33,311 nucleotides of DNA from Gemmatimonadota bacterium (GTDB lineage: Bacteria; 4572-55; J002), in contig RFFQ01000192.1 of assembly GCA_003697105.1 (NCBI GenBank), positions 1-33,311 on the forward strand, in the 5' to 3' direction. Under the pieces are notes generated by a model. It saw only the letters and a list, made by a program, of their open reading frames with translations, ran no database searches and was not told the origin of the DNA. Numbering within the stretch: the stretch's first letter is position 1; every line of letters begins with the position of its first letter. Below, one piece after another: positions 8,959-17,915 of this stretch. The position numbers were made by a program, and so were the translations under genes.

Positions 8959-9534
8959 ATGATGCTTGAAAAACCTGTACGCACAGCCATTCCGGGGGAT
9001 ATTTGCGTACTGTTAGAACCTGATGAAGTTGAACTAGAGCTGGTACGCACCAAGCAGAAATCGTTGCAGGCTATTTTTGGGGGTCACTTTCATAGCCGGG
9101 TACATTTGACCTGCCAACGATTTGCCTTGCCGGACGACCAACTCCAGTCCGAATTGATTCACCACTTGCGGGAGCGGTTGATGACCTATCCCCCCTTTAC
9201 CCTAACGGCGGTTTCCTTGATCTCCTTCTATGCTGAATTTTGGCAATCCTACCTGTTGCGCTGGAAAATCCGCACAACTGAACCCTTACACCGGTTTCGA
9301 CTTACGGTAGAGGAAGCTCTTCATAAAATCGATATAACCCCTCACTATCCTTCAAATTGGAATCCGACGCTGGTAACCGCTTTGGAAGAAATCTCAATTT
9401 TGAAAACCGAGCGGTACCTTGCCGCGATGAATTTCCCTTATCAATTATTCCGGGTTCGTCAAGTGGTACTGTCCAAGATTAATGGTGTTAATAATTTTGA
9501 AATTTTAGAAACGATCCCCTTAGAAAATTATTAA
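8959..9534 (+). CDS. 2H phosphoesterase / 2'-5' RNA ligase-fold protein (second HxT apparently degenerate)
   Basis: VHLT first motif, PPFTLT segment, size ~190 aa; second site reads WNPTLVT. Confidence 0.6.
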   Translation: MMLEKPVRTAIPGDICVLLEPDEVELELVRTKQKSLQAIFGGHFHSRVHLTCQRFALPDDQLQSELIHHLRERLMTYPPFTLTAVSLISFYAEFWQSYLLRWKIRTTEPLHRFRLTVEEALHKIDITPHYPSNWNPTLVTALEEISILKTERYLAAMNFPYQLFRVRQVVLSKINGVNNFEILETIPLENY

Positions 9535-9626
9535 CTGTTGGAATCGACCTTATGACAAGGTAGTTGGAGGGTTTGTTGTGAGGGATAGTGCAAAATTATG
9601 TAAATTTAGGTTATGGCACTTCCCTC

Positions 9627-9655
9627 TTGAAAAATTAAACCACATGTGCTATTAT
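9627..9655 (+). promoter_or_regulatory. Putative promoter TTGAAA-N17-TATTAT for ade
   Basis: Motif match with 17-bp spacer. Confidence 0.5.
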
Positions 9656-9700
9656 CACGCTGTGAAAATTTAACCCTCCCTACTACAAGCGAGGTGTATA

Positions 9701-11428
9701 ATGTTTACTGTTGGAAAATTAAAATCCATTATTGATGTGGCCGCCGGACGCGAAATACCGGACACCCTCTTAACCCACGCCAAATTGGTAAATGTCTTCA
9801 CGGGTGAAATTTACGAGACTCATATCGCCGTGGTGAATGATGTCATTGCCGGTGTACGGTCAGATTATACAGAGGGTAAACAGATTATCGATTGTCACGG
9901 GCAGTATGTAATACCGGGTTTGATTGATGCGCATATGCATCTGGAAAGCTCTCTTCTCTCCCCGGCCGAATTTGCTAAAGCCGTGATTCCCCACGGTACA
10001 ACCACGATTGTGATCGACCCCCATGAGATTGGAAATGTCTTGGGCATGAGCGGTATTGAATACATGATCAACGCCACCCAAGCCACACCCCTTAATGCCT
10101 ATGTGATGGCGCCATCTTGTGTTCCTGCCACTCACATGGAAACCGCCGGTGCGGAACTAAACCCTGCCAAAATTGAGACTCTGCTCAGTATGGACGGCAT
10201 CCACGGATTAGCAGAAATGATGAATTTCCCCGGAGTGTTTTTGGGCATTCCAGACGTCTTAAAAAAACTAGAAATTGCCGGACAGGCAGATCGACCCATC
10301 GATGGACATTCCCCCGGTCTAAGTGGAAAAAACCTCAATGCCTATCTTGCCGCCGGTATCCTATCTGACCACGAATGCACAACACCAGAAGAAGCTTTGG
10401 AAAAATTGCGGCTAGGTGCCAATATTTTTATTCGTGAAGGTTCCGCGGCGAAAAATTTGGAGGCACTAATCGGAATCGTCAACGAAAAGAATTATCACAA
10501 AATTGCATTTGCCACCGATGATCGCCACCCAGATGATCTTGTGGAAGATGGGCATATGGATGATATTCTCCGGCGTGCCATCCGTCAGGGTATAGACCCA
10601 GTACGCGCGGTACAAATGTGTACCTTGAATGCCGCCACCCACCACCGGTTACGCAAACGCGGTGCGATTGCCCCGGGATATTTTGCCGATATAGTTGTTG
10701 TGGATAATCTGACCGATTTTAATGTGAAGATGACCTTCACCAACGGTAAACTCGTCTTTGACAATACATTAGTCGTGGATATTCCTGATGTTGTAGATGA
10801 TCGGGTGGTCAATACGATGAACGTACAACCACTTCAGGAATCCGATTTTAGGATTCCGGTACGCGGAGAACAGGCGCGGATCGTAAAAATCATCCCCAAT
10901 CAAATCGTGACGGATCACTATACCACCGTCCCGAAACAGGTGAATCAGGCGGTTGTGGCAGACCTAGAGCGAGACATTCTTAAATTCGCGGTGATCGAGC
11001 GGCACAAGGCAACAGGCAATATCGGGTTAGGTCTCGTCAATGGTTTCGGCTTAAAAAAAGGTGCTATTGCCAGCAGTGTGGCACACGACTCCCACAATTT
11101 AATCGTTGTTGGTACCTCAGATGCGGAAATGAAGCACGCCGCCGAACGGGCAATCGAAATCGGTGGTGGATTTGTGGTCGTCGCTGACGGAAACGTTTTA
11201 GGCGAGTGTCCCTTACCGATTGCGGGATTGATGTCAGATCAGCCTGTGGATGTGGTGCGAGAACAACTCCACCAGTTGCATCACGCTGCGGAAAAAATAG
11301 GATCGGTGCTCCCCAATCCCTTTATTACCTTAGCATTTATCGCCCTGCCAGTCATTCCGGCATTGAAATTGACCGATAAAGGGCTAGTCGATGTAAATCA
11401 ATTTGAAATTGTAGATTTATGGGTGTAA
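9701..11428 (+). CDS. ade: Adenine deaminase
   Basis: PGLIDAHMHLESS, DPHEIGNV, PSCVPAT, EMMNFPGV, DGHSP, SDHEC, TDDRHP, SSVAHDSHN. Confidence 0.95.
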   Translation: MFTVGKLKSIIDVAAGREIPDTLLTHAKLVNVFTGEIYETHIAVVNDVIAGVRSDYTEGKQIIDCHGQYVIPGLIDAHMHLESSLLSPAEFAKAVIPHGTTTIVIDPHEIGNVLGMSGIEYMINATQATPLNAYVMAPSCVPATHMETAGAELNPAKIETLLSMDGIHGLAEMMNFPGVFLGIPDVLKKLEIAGQADRPIDGHSPGLSGKNLNAYLAAGILSDHECTTPEEALEKLRLGANIFIREGSAAKNLEALIGIVNEKNYHKIAFATDDRHPDDLVEDGHMDDILRRAIRQGIDPVRAVQMCTLNAATHHRLRKRGAIAPGYFADIVVVDNLTDFNVKMTFTNGKLVFDNTLVVDIPDVVDDRVVNTMNVQPLQESDFRIPVRGEQARIVKIIPNQIVTDHYTTVPKQVNQAVVADLERDILKFAVIERHKATGNIGLGLVNGFGLKKGAIASSVAHDSHNLIVVGTSDAEMKHAAERAIEIGGGFVVVADGNVLGECPLPIAGLMSDQPVDVVREQLHQLHHAAEKIGSVLPNPFITLAFIALPVIPALKLTDKGLVDVNQFEIVDLWV

Positions 11429-11473
11429 ATTTCCACCCGAACCCAAAACGAACTCCAAAATTAAGAGGATGTT

Positions 11474-11872
11474 ATGGCAGTTAAAGAGCTTAATTCAACG
11501 GATATTTATGTGTTAAAAGCCATTTATAATCGCACAATCCGACCGGTATTTGATCTGGGAGGATGGATCGAGCCGGAAAACTATCAAAAGGCGAAAGCAT
11601 CGCGGAACCCCTATGTCCGTCGTTTTATCAAAAAGCATGTGCTCCGCACAGAATTGGTCGCAAATTACAAAAGTGATCTCAATTTTTACCTAAAAGATAA
11701 CACAATTGCCAAATCATGTTTTAAGTTGGATGAGCTTGGTTTGGTACAAGTAGATTGGCTGGATTTTGTAATGCATGATTTTACCGCGCAGGGAGTACGG
11801 CTCACAGATGCCGGTATTCAGCGCGTGCGAGAAATGATTCCTAAGAATGCTTCTGAGGTTGGAACGGCGTAA
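11474..11872 (+). CDS. Hypothetical protein, winged-helix-like
   Basis: SD GAGG; pattern L..LGLV ... VRLTDAG typical of wHTH C-termini. Confidence 0.6.
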   Translation: MAVKELNSTDIYVLKAIYNRTIRPVFDLGGWIEPENYQKAKASRNPYVRRFIKKHVLRTELVANYKSDLNFYLKDNTIAKSCFKLDELGLVQVDWLDFVMHDFTAQGVRLTDAGIQRVREMIPKNASEVGTA

Positions 11873-11874
11873 TC

Positions 11875-12780
11875 ATGGTGAATTCACCGCGCGTATTCTC
11901 ATATTTGCTTTCCATCGGCATCGGGATCGGTCTTGCCCTAGGGGGTATGTCGCTAACGAATGCGCTCCAAACGGTACTTTTGACAATGTCTGGGGTGTTT
12001 TTAGCCGCACCGGCAATCGATCTTATTTTTACTCAATCGTTCCGGTCGATTGCAGTCCAACGGGAGCAAGATGTCTTCGGATACGTGAAAATGAATGTGG
12101 ACCGGGATTTGTTAAATTTGGTGGTACAACTCTCCCGCGTAGTTCAGCCGTATGAGGCAAAAGAGACCCCTAAAATTGATCAGTTTCTTAAAGTGGAAAC
12201 CTCTGATCTTGAAAAACAACTTCAAACGGCAGAACTACTGGGGTTTCAGGTTCTGAAAAAGGTAACGTATGAAAAGCTGGACGAAACCCTCAAGCAGGGT
12301 TACTTACTGGAACACCTACCCCCGGAATGTGTTCGGATTCTATTTGCTTTAATTCAACACATCAAGCATTTGGAGCATCTATACCAACTCAAAGATTTAT
12401 ACCTCCCTACCGGCGCAAAAACCAACGTTTATCATGTAGTCAGTAGTACCGAGATGGGTACCGTACCGGCGGCAGGCAATGAACGGCGATACGTTTTGCT
12501 TAAAACTATTGGAGAATCGAACCAGATGCAGATGGTTGATGTGGGGGCTTTTGAGCCAGCTCAAGTAGATCGCCTGCTCTTTTTCTTCCGGCTGAACGAG
12601 AAATATCTCCCATTTTTTGCGGAAGCGATGGGTGATTTACTGCACGCGATCCGGTCTTGGTTGGAACTGACCAACGGGCAATTTATGGTGGATCCCAAAA
12701 TGTACCAACTACTACAAACGACATCGGATTTCCAACATACCGCCCCTATAGCTCAGGCGGATAGAGCAACGGTTTCCTAA
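11875..12780 (+). CDS. Hypothetical membrane-anchored protein (two N-terminal hydrophobic segments); 3' end overlaps tRNA-Arg
   Basis: 301-aa ORF starting 2 nt after the previous stop. Confidence 0.75.
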   Translation: MVNSPRVFSYLLSIGIGIGLALGGMSLTNALQTVLLTMSGVFLAAPAIDLIFTQSFRSIAVQREQDVFGYVKMNVDRDLLNLVVQLSRVVQPYEAKETPKIDQFLKVETSDLEKQLQTAELLGFQVLKKVTYEKLDETLKQGYLLEHLPPECVRILFALIQHIKHLEHLYQLKDLYLPTGAKTNVYHVVSSTEMGTVPAAGNERRYVLLKTIGESNQMQMVDVGAFEPAQVDRLLFFFRLNEKYLPFFAEAMGDLLHAIRSWLELTNGQFMVDPKMYQLLQTTSDFQHTAPIAQADRATVS

Positions 12781-12818
12781 ACCGTGTGTCGCACGTTCGA
12801 GTCGTGCTAGGGGCACCA
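12742..12818 (+). tRNA. tRNA-Arg(CCT)
   Basis: Acceptor GCCCCTA/TAGGGGC, anticodon arm ACGGT-TTCCTAA-ACCGT, TTCGA loop, encoded CCA. Confidence 0.95.
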
Positions 12819-12821
12819 ATG

Positions 12822-12856
12822 AAAAAACCCGCATCGTTTTTCGATACGGGTTTTTC
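12822..12856. terminator. Bidirectional intrinsic terminator between convergent tRNAs
   Basis: AAAAAACCCG.ATCG...CGAT.CGGGTTTTTT with flanking A/T tracts. Confidence 0.8.
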
Positions 12857-12867
12857 ATTTTTAGTAC

Positions 12868-12954
12868 TGGTGCCCGAGGCCGGACTTGAACCGGCACGGA
12901 CCGAAGTCCGAGGGATTTTAAGTCCCTTGTGTCTACCAATTCCACCACCCGGGC
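12868..12954 (-). tRNA. tRNA-Leu(TAA)
   Basis: GCCCGGG...AGGGA-CTTAAAA-TCCCT, long variable arm, TTCAA loop, CCA. Confidence 0.95.
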
Positions 12955-12962
12955 ATAAAAAA

Positions 12963-13038
12963 TGGAGGCGACGATCGGAGTCGAACCGATGAATAGCGGT
13001 TTTGCAGACCGCTCCCTTAGCCACTTGGGTACGTCGCC
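12963..13038 (-). tRNA. tRNA-Cys(GCA)
   Basis: GGCGACG/CGTCGCC acceptor, GCGGT-CTGCAAA-ACCGC, TTCGA loop, CCA. Confidence 0.95.
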
Positions 13039-13056
13039 TTCGCTGTGAGGTGGTGT

Positions 13057-13085
13057 ATAGTAACAAACAAACTCCTGCTTGTCAA
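13057..13085 (-). promoter_or_regulatory. Promoter for tRNA-Cys/Leu: TTGACA-N17-TACTAT
   Basis: Near-consensus motif just upstream of tRNA-Cys. Confidence 0.7.
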
Positions 13086-13183
13086 TAGAATTCTGGAGCG
13101 AAAATAAGGTCTTTACGGATCCGAAAAATCCAGTTATATTCACTCAATCAAGAAGGTTTCACCAGATTTGTGGGGGGTTACAG

Positions 13184-13600
13184 ATGGTTTTCAATCAGGA
13201 ATTTACAATCGCCACACTCGGTTTTTCCGATATTAAAGATGTCACCCGGCAAATTCAAGAGATTGTACGGGAATCAACCATCCAACGGGGACTTGTCAAC
13301 ATCTCTGTTATCGGCTCTACGGCTTCCGTATCTACGATTGAGTTTGAACCCGCATTGGTAGCCGATATGAAGGAAAAACTGGAAGAATTCGCCCCGCATG
13401 ACCAACCTACACGGCATGGCGACACTTGGGGAGATGATAACGGATTTTCCCATCTACGAGCAACATTCATGGGTCCGGGGATCACCATTCCGGTTTCGGA
13501 GGGACATCTGGTACTGGGGACATGGCAGCAAATTGTCGTGATCGATCATGATAATCGTCCCCGCGAACGCCGAATGTTTGTGACGGTTATCGGGGAGTAA
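13184..13600 (+). CDS. yjbQ: YjbQ/UPF0047 family protein
   Basis: GSTAS...IEFEP, HGDTWGDDNGFSHLRA, LGTWQQI; start placed at ATG 13184 to give 138 aa. Confidence 0.9.
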   Translation: MVFNQEFTIATLGFSDIKDVTRQIQEIVRESTIQRGLVNISVIGSTASVSTIEFEPALVADMKEKLEEFAPHDQPTRHGDTWGDDNGFSHLRATFMGPGITIPVSEGHLVLGTWQQIVVIDHDNRPRERRMFVTVIGE

Positions 13601-14302
13601 TCACCGCTTACCGCTATCCAACTCTGCCTGATCTACATCGACCATCTGTACACCATCCAAATATTCTTTATAACTGATAAAATCTGGGTTTTCGGAAAGC
13701 GAGGATAATTTTTGAGTAATATGTTGGATGGTTTCTGCCGCGGCGGTGATAGACTGAAGGTTGGGTTCGATCCGGGCAAAATCCTCAGGGGACAATTTCT
13801 GCTTGATGATGCCAATCTGGAGCTTGAGGGCGGCTAATGGATTATTAATTTTGTGATTGACCGTTACAGCAGCAGCGCCAATCGCCGCCGCACGGGTTGC
13901 TATTTCAAGCTTTTCGGTCAGCTCTTTGATGCGGATCATTGACCGCACGCGCGCGATCACTTCATGAATGTTAAAGGGCTTGATTAAATAATCATCGCCT
14001 AAACTCAATCCTTCTATTTTTTCGGGCATACTGCCACGCGCCGTGATGAAGATAACCGGTACAAAGCGTAATTCATGTTCATTTTTGATGATTTGGCACG
14101 CTTCTAAACCATTAATACCCGGCATCATAATATCCATCAAAATCAAGTCGGGCTTCTGTTCTCGGGCAGTCTCAACGCCCTCATCACCGGAAGACGCACT
14201 GATTATCTCATACCCGTGCCGCTCCAAACCGATTTGCAGGAGCATCACAATTTCGGGATCGTCATCAACAATTAATATTTTTCGCGTAGATTCCATTGGC
14301 AA
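13601..14302 (-). CDS. Response regulator receiver fused to a HisKA-like helix (no HATPase domain)
   Basis: ILIVDDD, LILMDIMMPGINGLE, FITA, YLIKPF; C-terminal VNHKINNPL. Confidence 0.85.
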   Translation of the reverse strand: MPMESTRKILIVDDDPEIVMLLQIGLERHGYEIISASSGDEGVETAREQKPDLILMDIMMPGINGLEACQIIKNEHELRFVPVIFITARGSMPEKIEGLSLGDDYLIKPFNIHEVIARVRSMIRIKELTEKLEIATRAAAIGAAAVTVNHKINNPLAALKLQIGIIKQKLSPEDFARIEPNLQSITAAAETIQHITQKLSSLSENPDFISYKEYLDGVQMVDVDQAELDSGKR

Positions 14303-14351
14303 TTACATCTCATAAAATGAAATAACAACATACGGAATTTTCGTGAAGAGG

Positions 14352-14380
14352 AACGTATCCATTTCAGTATGATTTGTCAA
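14352..14380 (-). promoter_or_regulatory. Putative promoter TTGACA-N17-TACGTT for the response regulator
   Basis: Motif match with 17-bp spacer. Confidence 0.5.
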
Positions 14381-14415
14381 TTCATTTTTCCTAACATAAA
14401 GGAGATCTGTTTCAT

Positions 14416-15198
14416 ATGAGTGAATTCAACTATCTAGAACTGGAAACATCCGGCAGTATTGCCCAGCTCACCTTTGACCGTCCCCCGGTCAATGCTTTAA
14501 ATATGGACGTGCTCCATGAGCTCCACCAGACGCTCCTTGATATTGCCCGGCAAGAAACGGTGCGAGTATTGATTTTGACCGGCGCGGGCAAAGCCTTTAT
14601 CGCCGGAGCAGATATTGCCCAAATGCAACATTTTGATGCCCTCCAAGCGCGTGCCTTTGCTCACACGGGGCAACGAGTTTACCGTTTGTTGGAAGAGATG
14701 CCTCAAGTGGTGATTGCCGCAATTAACGGCTTCGCCCTTGGCGGCGGATGCGAGATCAGCTTAGCCTGCGATCTGCGGATTGCCTCCGAAAAAGCAAAAT
14801 TCGGGCAACCTGAAGTTAATATTGGTGTGATTCCGGGCTTTGGCGGGACACAACGGTTACCCCGCCTTATCGGAATGGCAAAAGCAAAAGAGTTAATTTT
14901 CACCGGAGATATGATCGATGCCACTACTGCCGCCCAAATCGGCTTGGTCAATGCGGTGGTTGCCCCAGAGGCACTCCTTGAAACGGCGCAGGAATGGGCA
15001 AAGAAATTGATCTCCCGCGGACCTACAGCACTTAAACTAGCAAAAGCCGTGATGAACCGCGGCATGGATTGCAGTCTTGATGCGGCATTTGCTTACGAAG
15101 CCGATGCATTTGCCCTTTGCTTCCCGGGTGGAGAAGCCAAAGAGGGGATGTCCACATTTCTGGAAACAAAGCAAAATAAAGACTGGTCGCATACTTAA
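14416..15198 (+). CDS. Enoyl-CoA hydratase / crotonase
   Basis: FIAGADI, GFALGGGCE, FGQPEVNIGVIPGFGGTQRL. Confidence 0.93.
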   Translation: MSEFNYLELETSGSIAQLTFDRPPVNALNMDVLHELHQTLLDIARQETVRVLILTGAGKAFIAGADIAQMQHFDALQARAFAHTGQRVYRLLEEMPQVVIAAINGFALGGGCEISLACDLRIASEKAKFGQPEVNIGVIPGFGGTQRLPRLIGMAKAKELIFTGDMIDATTAAQIGLVNAVVAPEALLETAQEWAKKLISRGPTALKLAKAVMNRGMDCSLDAAFAYEADAFALCFPGGEAKEGMSTFLETKQNKDWSHT

Positions 15199-15265
15199 AA
15201 TAACCCATACCCAGCCCATCCAGCGGGGGGGATGAGGGGCACATCCAAATTCTGGGAGAGATGTT

Positions 15266-15520
15266 ATGAGTGCGTTTGACTTTGCGCCTTCCGAGCATAA
15301 ATTGATCGAAGGATTTCGTAAATTGGACGTGAACCAAAAACAATTTGTCATTGATTTTGTTCACTTTTTGGTGTCATTACCACGCCAAACCACACGGCTT
15401 ACCGGCCAATCACCAGCAAATATACCAGATGTAATCACGGAAGTTGATCTTTCCGGTTTACAGTTCAAATCATCCGTTATCGACCAATTAGAAGAATTGG
15501 ACGATAACGAACTTGACTAA
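15266..15520 (+). CDS. Small hypothetical protein (84 aa)
   Basis: GGAG SD; fills the gap between same-strand genes. Confidence 0.55.
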   Translation: MSAFDFAPSEHKLIEGFRKLDVNQKQFVIDFVHFLVSLPRQTTRLTGQSPANIPDVITEVDLSGLQFKSSVIDQLEELDDNELD

Positions 15521-15567
15521 CCCAGCCATCGTGATCCATCTTACCACATGAAATTAGGGAGGGCGAA

Positions 15568-16881
15568 ATGAATCGCCAACTGCTATCTGCCATTTTAATT
15601 GGTCTTTTAACCGTTCTACTCGTCGGATGTGGTAACAGCCCATCCAACCAAACTCAGGGAAAAACAACGACCCCAGCGGACGGTAAAATTCATGTCACCT
15701 TTTGGCACGTAATGGGGGGACCGCTCGGTGAAGCCCTTGATGCCCTCATCGAGGAGTTCCACCAACAGCATCCCAATATTAAAATCGATGACGTCAATAT
15801 GGGGCAATATACGGCACTTAGCCAAAAAATTATGGCATCTGTGCAAGCGGGTAATCCGCCCGTCATGGCACAGATGTACGAAACCTGGACAACCCAACTG
15901 ATTGAAAGCAACGCCCTGGTACCCTTGCAGAACTATGTGGACGGTGAAAATGGTTATTCCGCAGAGGAATTAGCGGACTTTCACACCGTCTTGTTGGAAA
16001 ATAATCGCTGGGATGGGAAATTGTGGACATTTCCGTTCAACAAAAGTGTGCCCGCGTTGTATTACAATATGGAGATGTTCCAAGAGAAAGGTATTGAAGC
16101 ACCTCCTGCCACATGGGATGAATTTATGGGGGTCTCCCAACAACTAACCTCACCAGATGCGGACGGCGACGGGAAACCCGATATTCATGCCACCGCTTTT
16201 GTGGTATCTGCATGGACATTTGAGTGCCTGCTCTATCAAAATGGGGGGCGCTTGCTGGCAGAGGATGGCTCCGAAGCTGTTTTTAACTCCCCTGCCGGCG
16301 TGGAAGCCATGCAATTTTTGAAAAACTTACTTGATAACCAATATGCCTATTTGACAACGGGTTACGAACATCAAAACGATTTTCTGGCTAGGAAACTGGG
16401 CATGATCCAGAACACCATTGTTTCTATCGGTTTTATGGCAGACGGCTTGACATTCCCCATGGGATTAGCCCCACTACCCCGGAACAAAAAACAAGCCGTG
16501 ATTCTTTCTGGAACAAATGTCGGAGTGTTTGATAACGCAACACCCGCTCAAAAAGAAGCGGCATGGACGTTTATCAAGTGGTTTTCTGAAACGGAACAAA
16601 CTGCCCGTTGGGCGGCACAAGCTAACTATCTTGCCGTGCGAAAGAGCGCCCTCGAAACCGATGTGATGAAGCAACGGTTTGAAGAAGTCCCCGGCTTGGA
16701 AGCGGTTTACGGGCAATTAGACCACACCTATTTTGAGCCACGCACCGCCGCATGGTTTAATGGTCGCCGCTATCTGGAAGATGCTTGCGAACTCGCCCTA
16801 CGCGGTACACAAGATATAGCTTCAGCCCTCAATGATGCCGCCAGCAAGACAAACCGCGAAATTGAAAAAGCGAATCGCTAA
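15568..16881 (+). CDS. ABC transporter substrate-binding lipoprotein (UgpB/sugar-binding family 1)
   Basis: Lipobox LVGC; VTFWH, PFNKS..LYYN, PATWDE, AAWTFIKW. Confidence 0.9.
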   Translation: MNRQLLSAILIGLLTVLLVGCGNSPSNQTQGKTTTPADGKIHVTFWHVMGGPLGEALDALIEEFHQQHPNIKIDDVNMGQYTALSQKIMASVQAGNPPVMAQMYETWTTQLIESNALVPLQNYVDGENGYSAEELADFHTVLLENNRWDGKLWTFPFNKSVPALYYNMEMFQEKGIEAPPATWDEFMGVSQQLTSPDADGDGKPDIHATAFVVSAWTFECLLYQNGGRLLAEDGSEAVFNSPAGVEAMQFLKNLLDNQYAYLTTGYEHQNDFLARKLGMIQNTIVSIGFMADGLTFPMGLAPLPRNKKQAVILSGTNVGVFDNATPAQKEAAWTFIKWFSETEQTARWAAQANYLAVRKSALETDVMKQRFEEVPGLEAVYGQLDHTYFEPRTAAWFNGRRYLEDACELALRGTQDIASALNDAASKTNREIEKANR

Positions 16882-16887
16882 TCCGGT

Positions 16888-17769
16888 ATGACATTCCTCG
16901 CTAATTTGCTCACCTCAATGCGCCCCAAACAATGGACGAAAAATGGCATTGTATTTGGGGCGCTCATTTTTTCGCAAAATCTATTTGATCTGGCAAAATT
17001 GATCGCGGTGTGCGAGGCATTCCTGTTGTTTTGCCTAACGTCCGGCACGGTTTACTTGCTGAACGACATCATTGATCGAGACAAAGACCGCCAGCACCCG
17101 CAAAAACGACTCCGCCCAATTCCATCCGGTCAATTATCTGTTAAAACCGCCTTCATGTTGCTAATTGTTCTCGGTGTCGTTGGGCAATTACTCGCCTTCT
17201 GGCTTCACCCCCTCTTTTTTGGGATTACCTTCGCTTACATGCTGATCAATGCCGCATACTCTCTCTTCCTCAAGCACGTGGTAATTATTGACGTGCTGGT
17301 CATCTCACTGGGATTTGTCCTCCGGGCAATCGCAGGCGGGATAGTTATCAATACGGAAATTTCCGCGTGGTTACTGGTCTGCACCTTTTTGTTGGCATTG
17401 TTCTTAGCACTCTCCAAACGCCGTAACGAACTGGTTGTCTTTGTGGATTCCCCGGAGCAACACCGGCGCGTACTAATGGATTATTCCATCGAACTTCTGG
17501 ATCATTTGATTACAATTGTAGCCGCGGCGACTATTATGGCATATTCACTTTATACATTTGACGACCGAACCGTACAAACATTTGAAACCACCCATCTTAG
17601 CGTGACCATTCCGTTTGTGGTATATGGCATCTTTCGCTATTTATATCTGATTCATAAAAAAGGATTGGGCGGGCGCCCGGAGCTAATCTTATTAACCGAT
17701 AAAGGGATATTGACCAACGTCCTCATTTGGTTAATGACCAGCATTGGCGTCATTTATTTTAAGCTTTGA
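16888..17769 (+). CDS. UbiA-family decaprenyl-phosphate phosphoribosyltransferase-like membrane protein
   Basis: MRPKQWTKN, YLLNDIIDRDKDRQHPQKRLRPI, KRRNEL, YGIFRY. Confidence 0.9.
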   Translation: MTFLANLLTSMRPKQWTKNGIVFGALIFSQNLFDLAKLIAVCEAFLLFCLTSGTVYLLNDIIDRDKDRQHPQKRLRPIPSGQLSVKTAFMLLIVLGVVGQLLAFWLHPLFFGITFAYMLINAAYSLFLKHVVIIDVLVISLGFVLRAIAGGIVINTEISAWLLVCTFLLALFLALSKRRNELVVFVDSPEQHRRVLMDYSIELLDHLITIVAAATIMAYSLYTFDDRTVQTFETTHLSVTIPFVVYGIFRYLYLIHKKGLGGRPELILLTDKGILTNVLIWLMTSIGVIYFKL

Positions 17770-17915
17770 TTTGACATTTCCTATTTTGGGTTAAGTCTTT
17801 ATATTTCATTGCATTACGGCATTTATCTCATGCAACGAGTGTGTTCCTTTGAACGGCGTGTAACGAACATGGGAGCTCCTTTCTTCCAGTTGTGTGCGGA
17901 TATATGGGACGGTTC

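Noticed and set aside
9535-9700. Canonical purine riboswitch upstream of ade
   Set aside because: The conserved junction and loop-loop nucleotides of the purine aptamer were not found by eye.
12742-13038. Integrated island or prophage at the tRNA cluster
   Set aside because: No integrase, phage genes or duplicated tRNA 3' end seen in the window.
12712-13143. ORFs 12712..13143(-), 12746..13066(-) and 12786..12992(+)
   Set aside because: Shadow ORFs over three tRNA genes.
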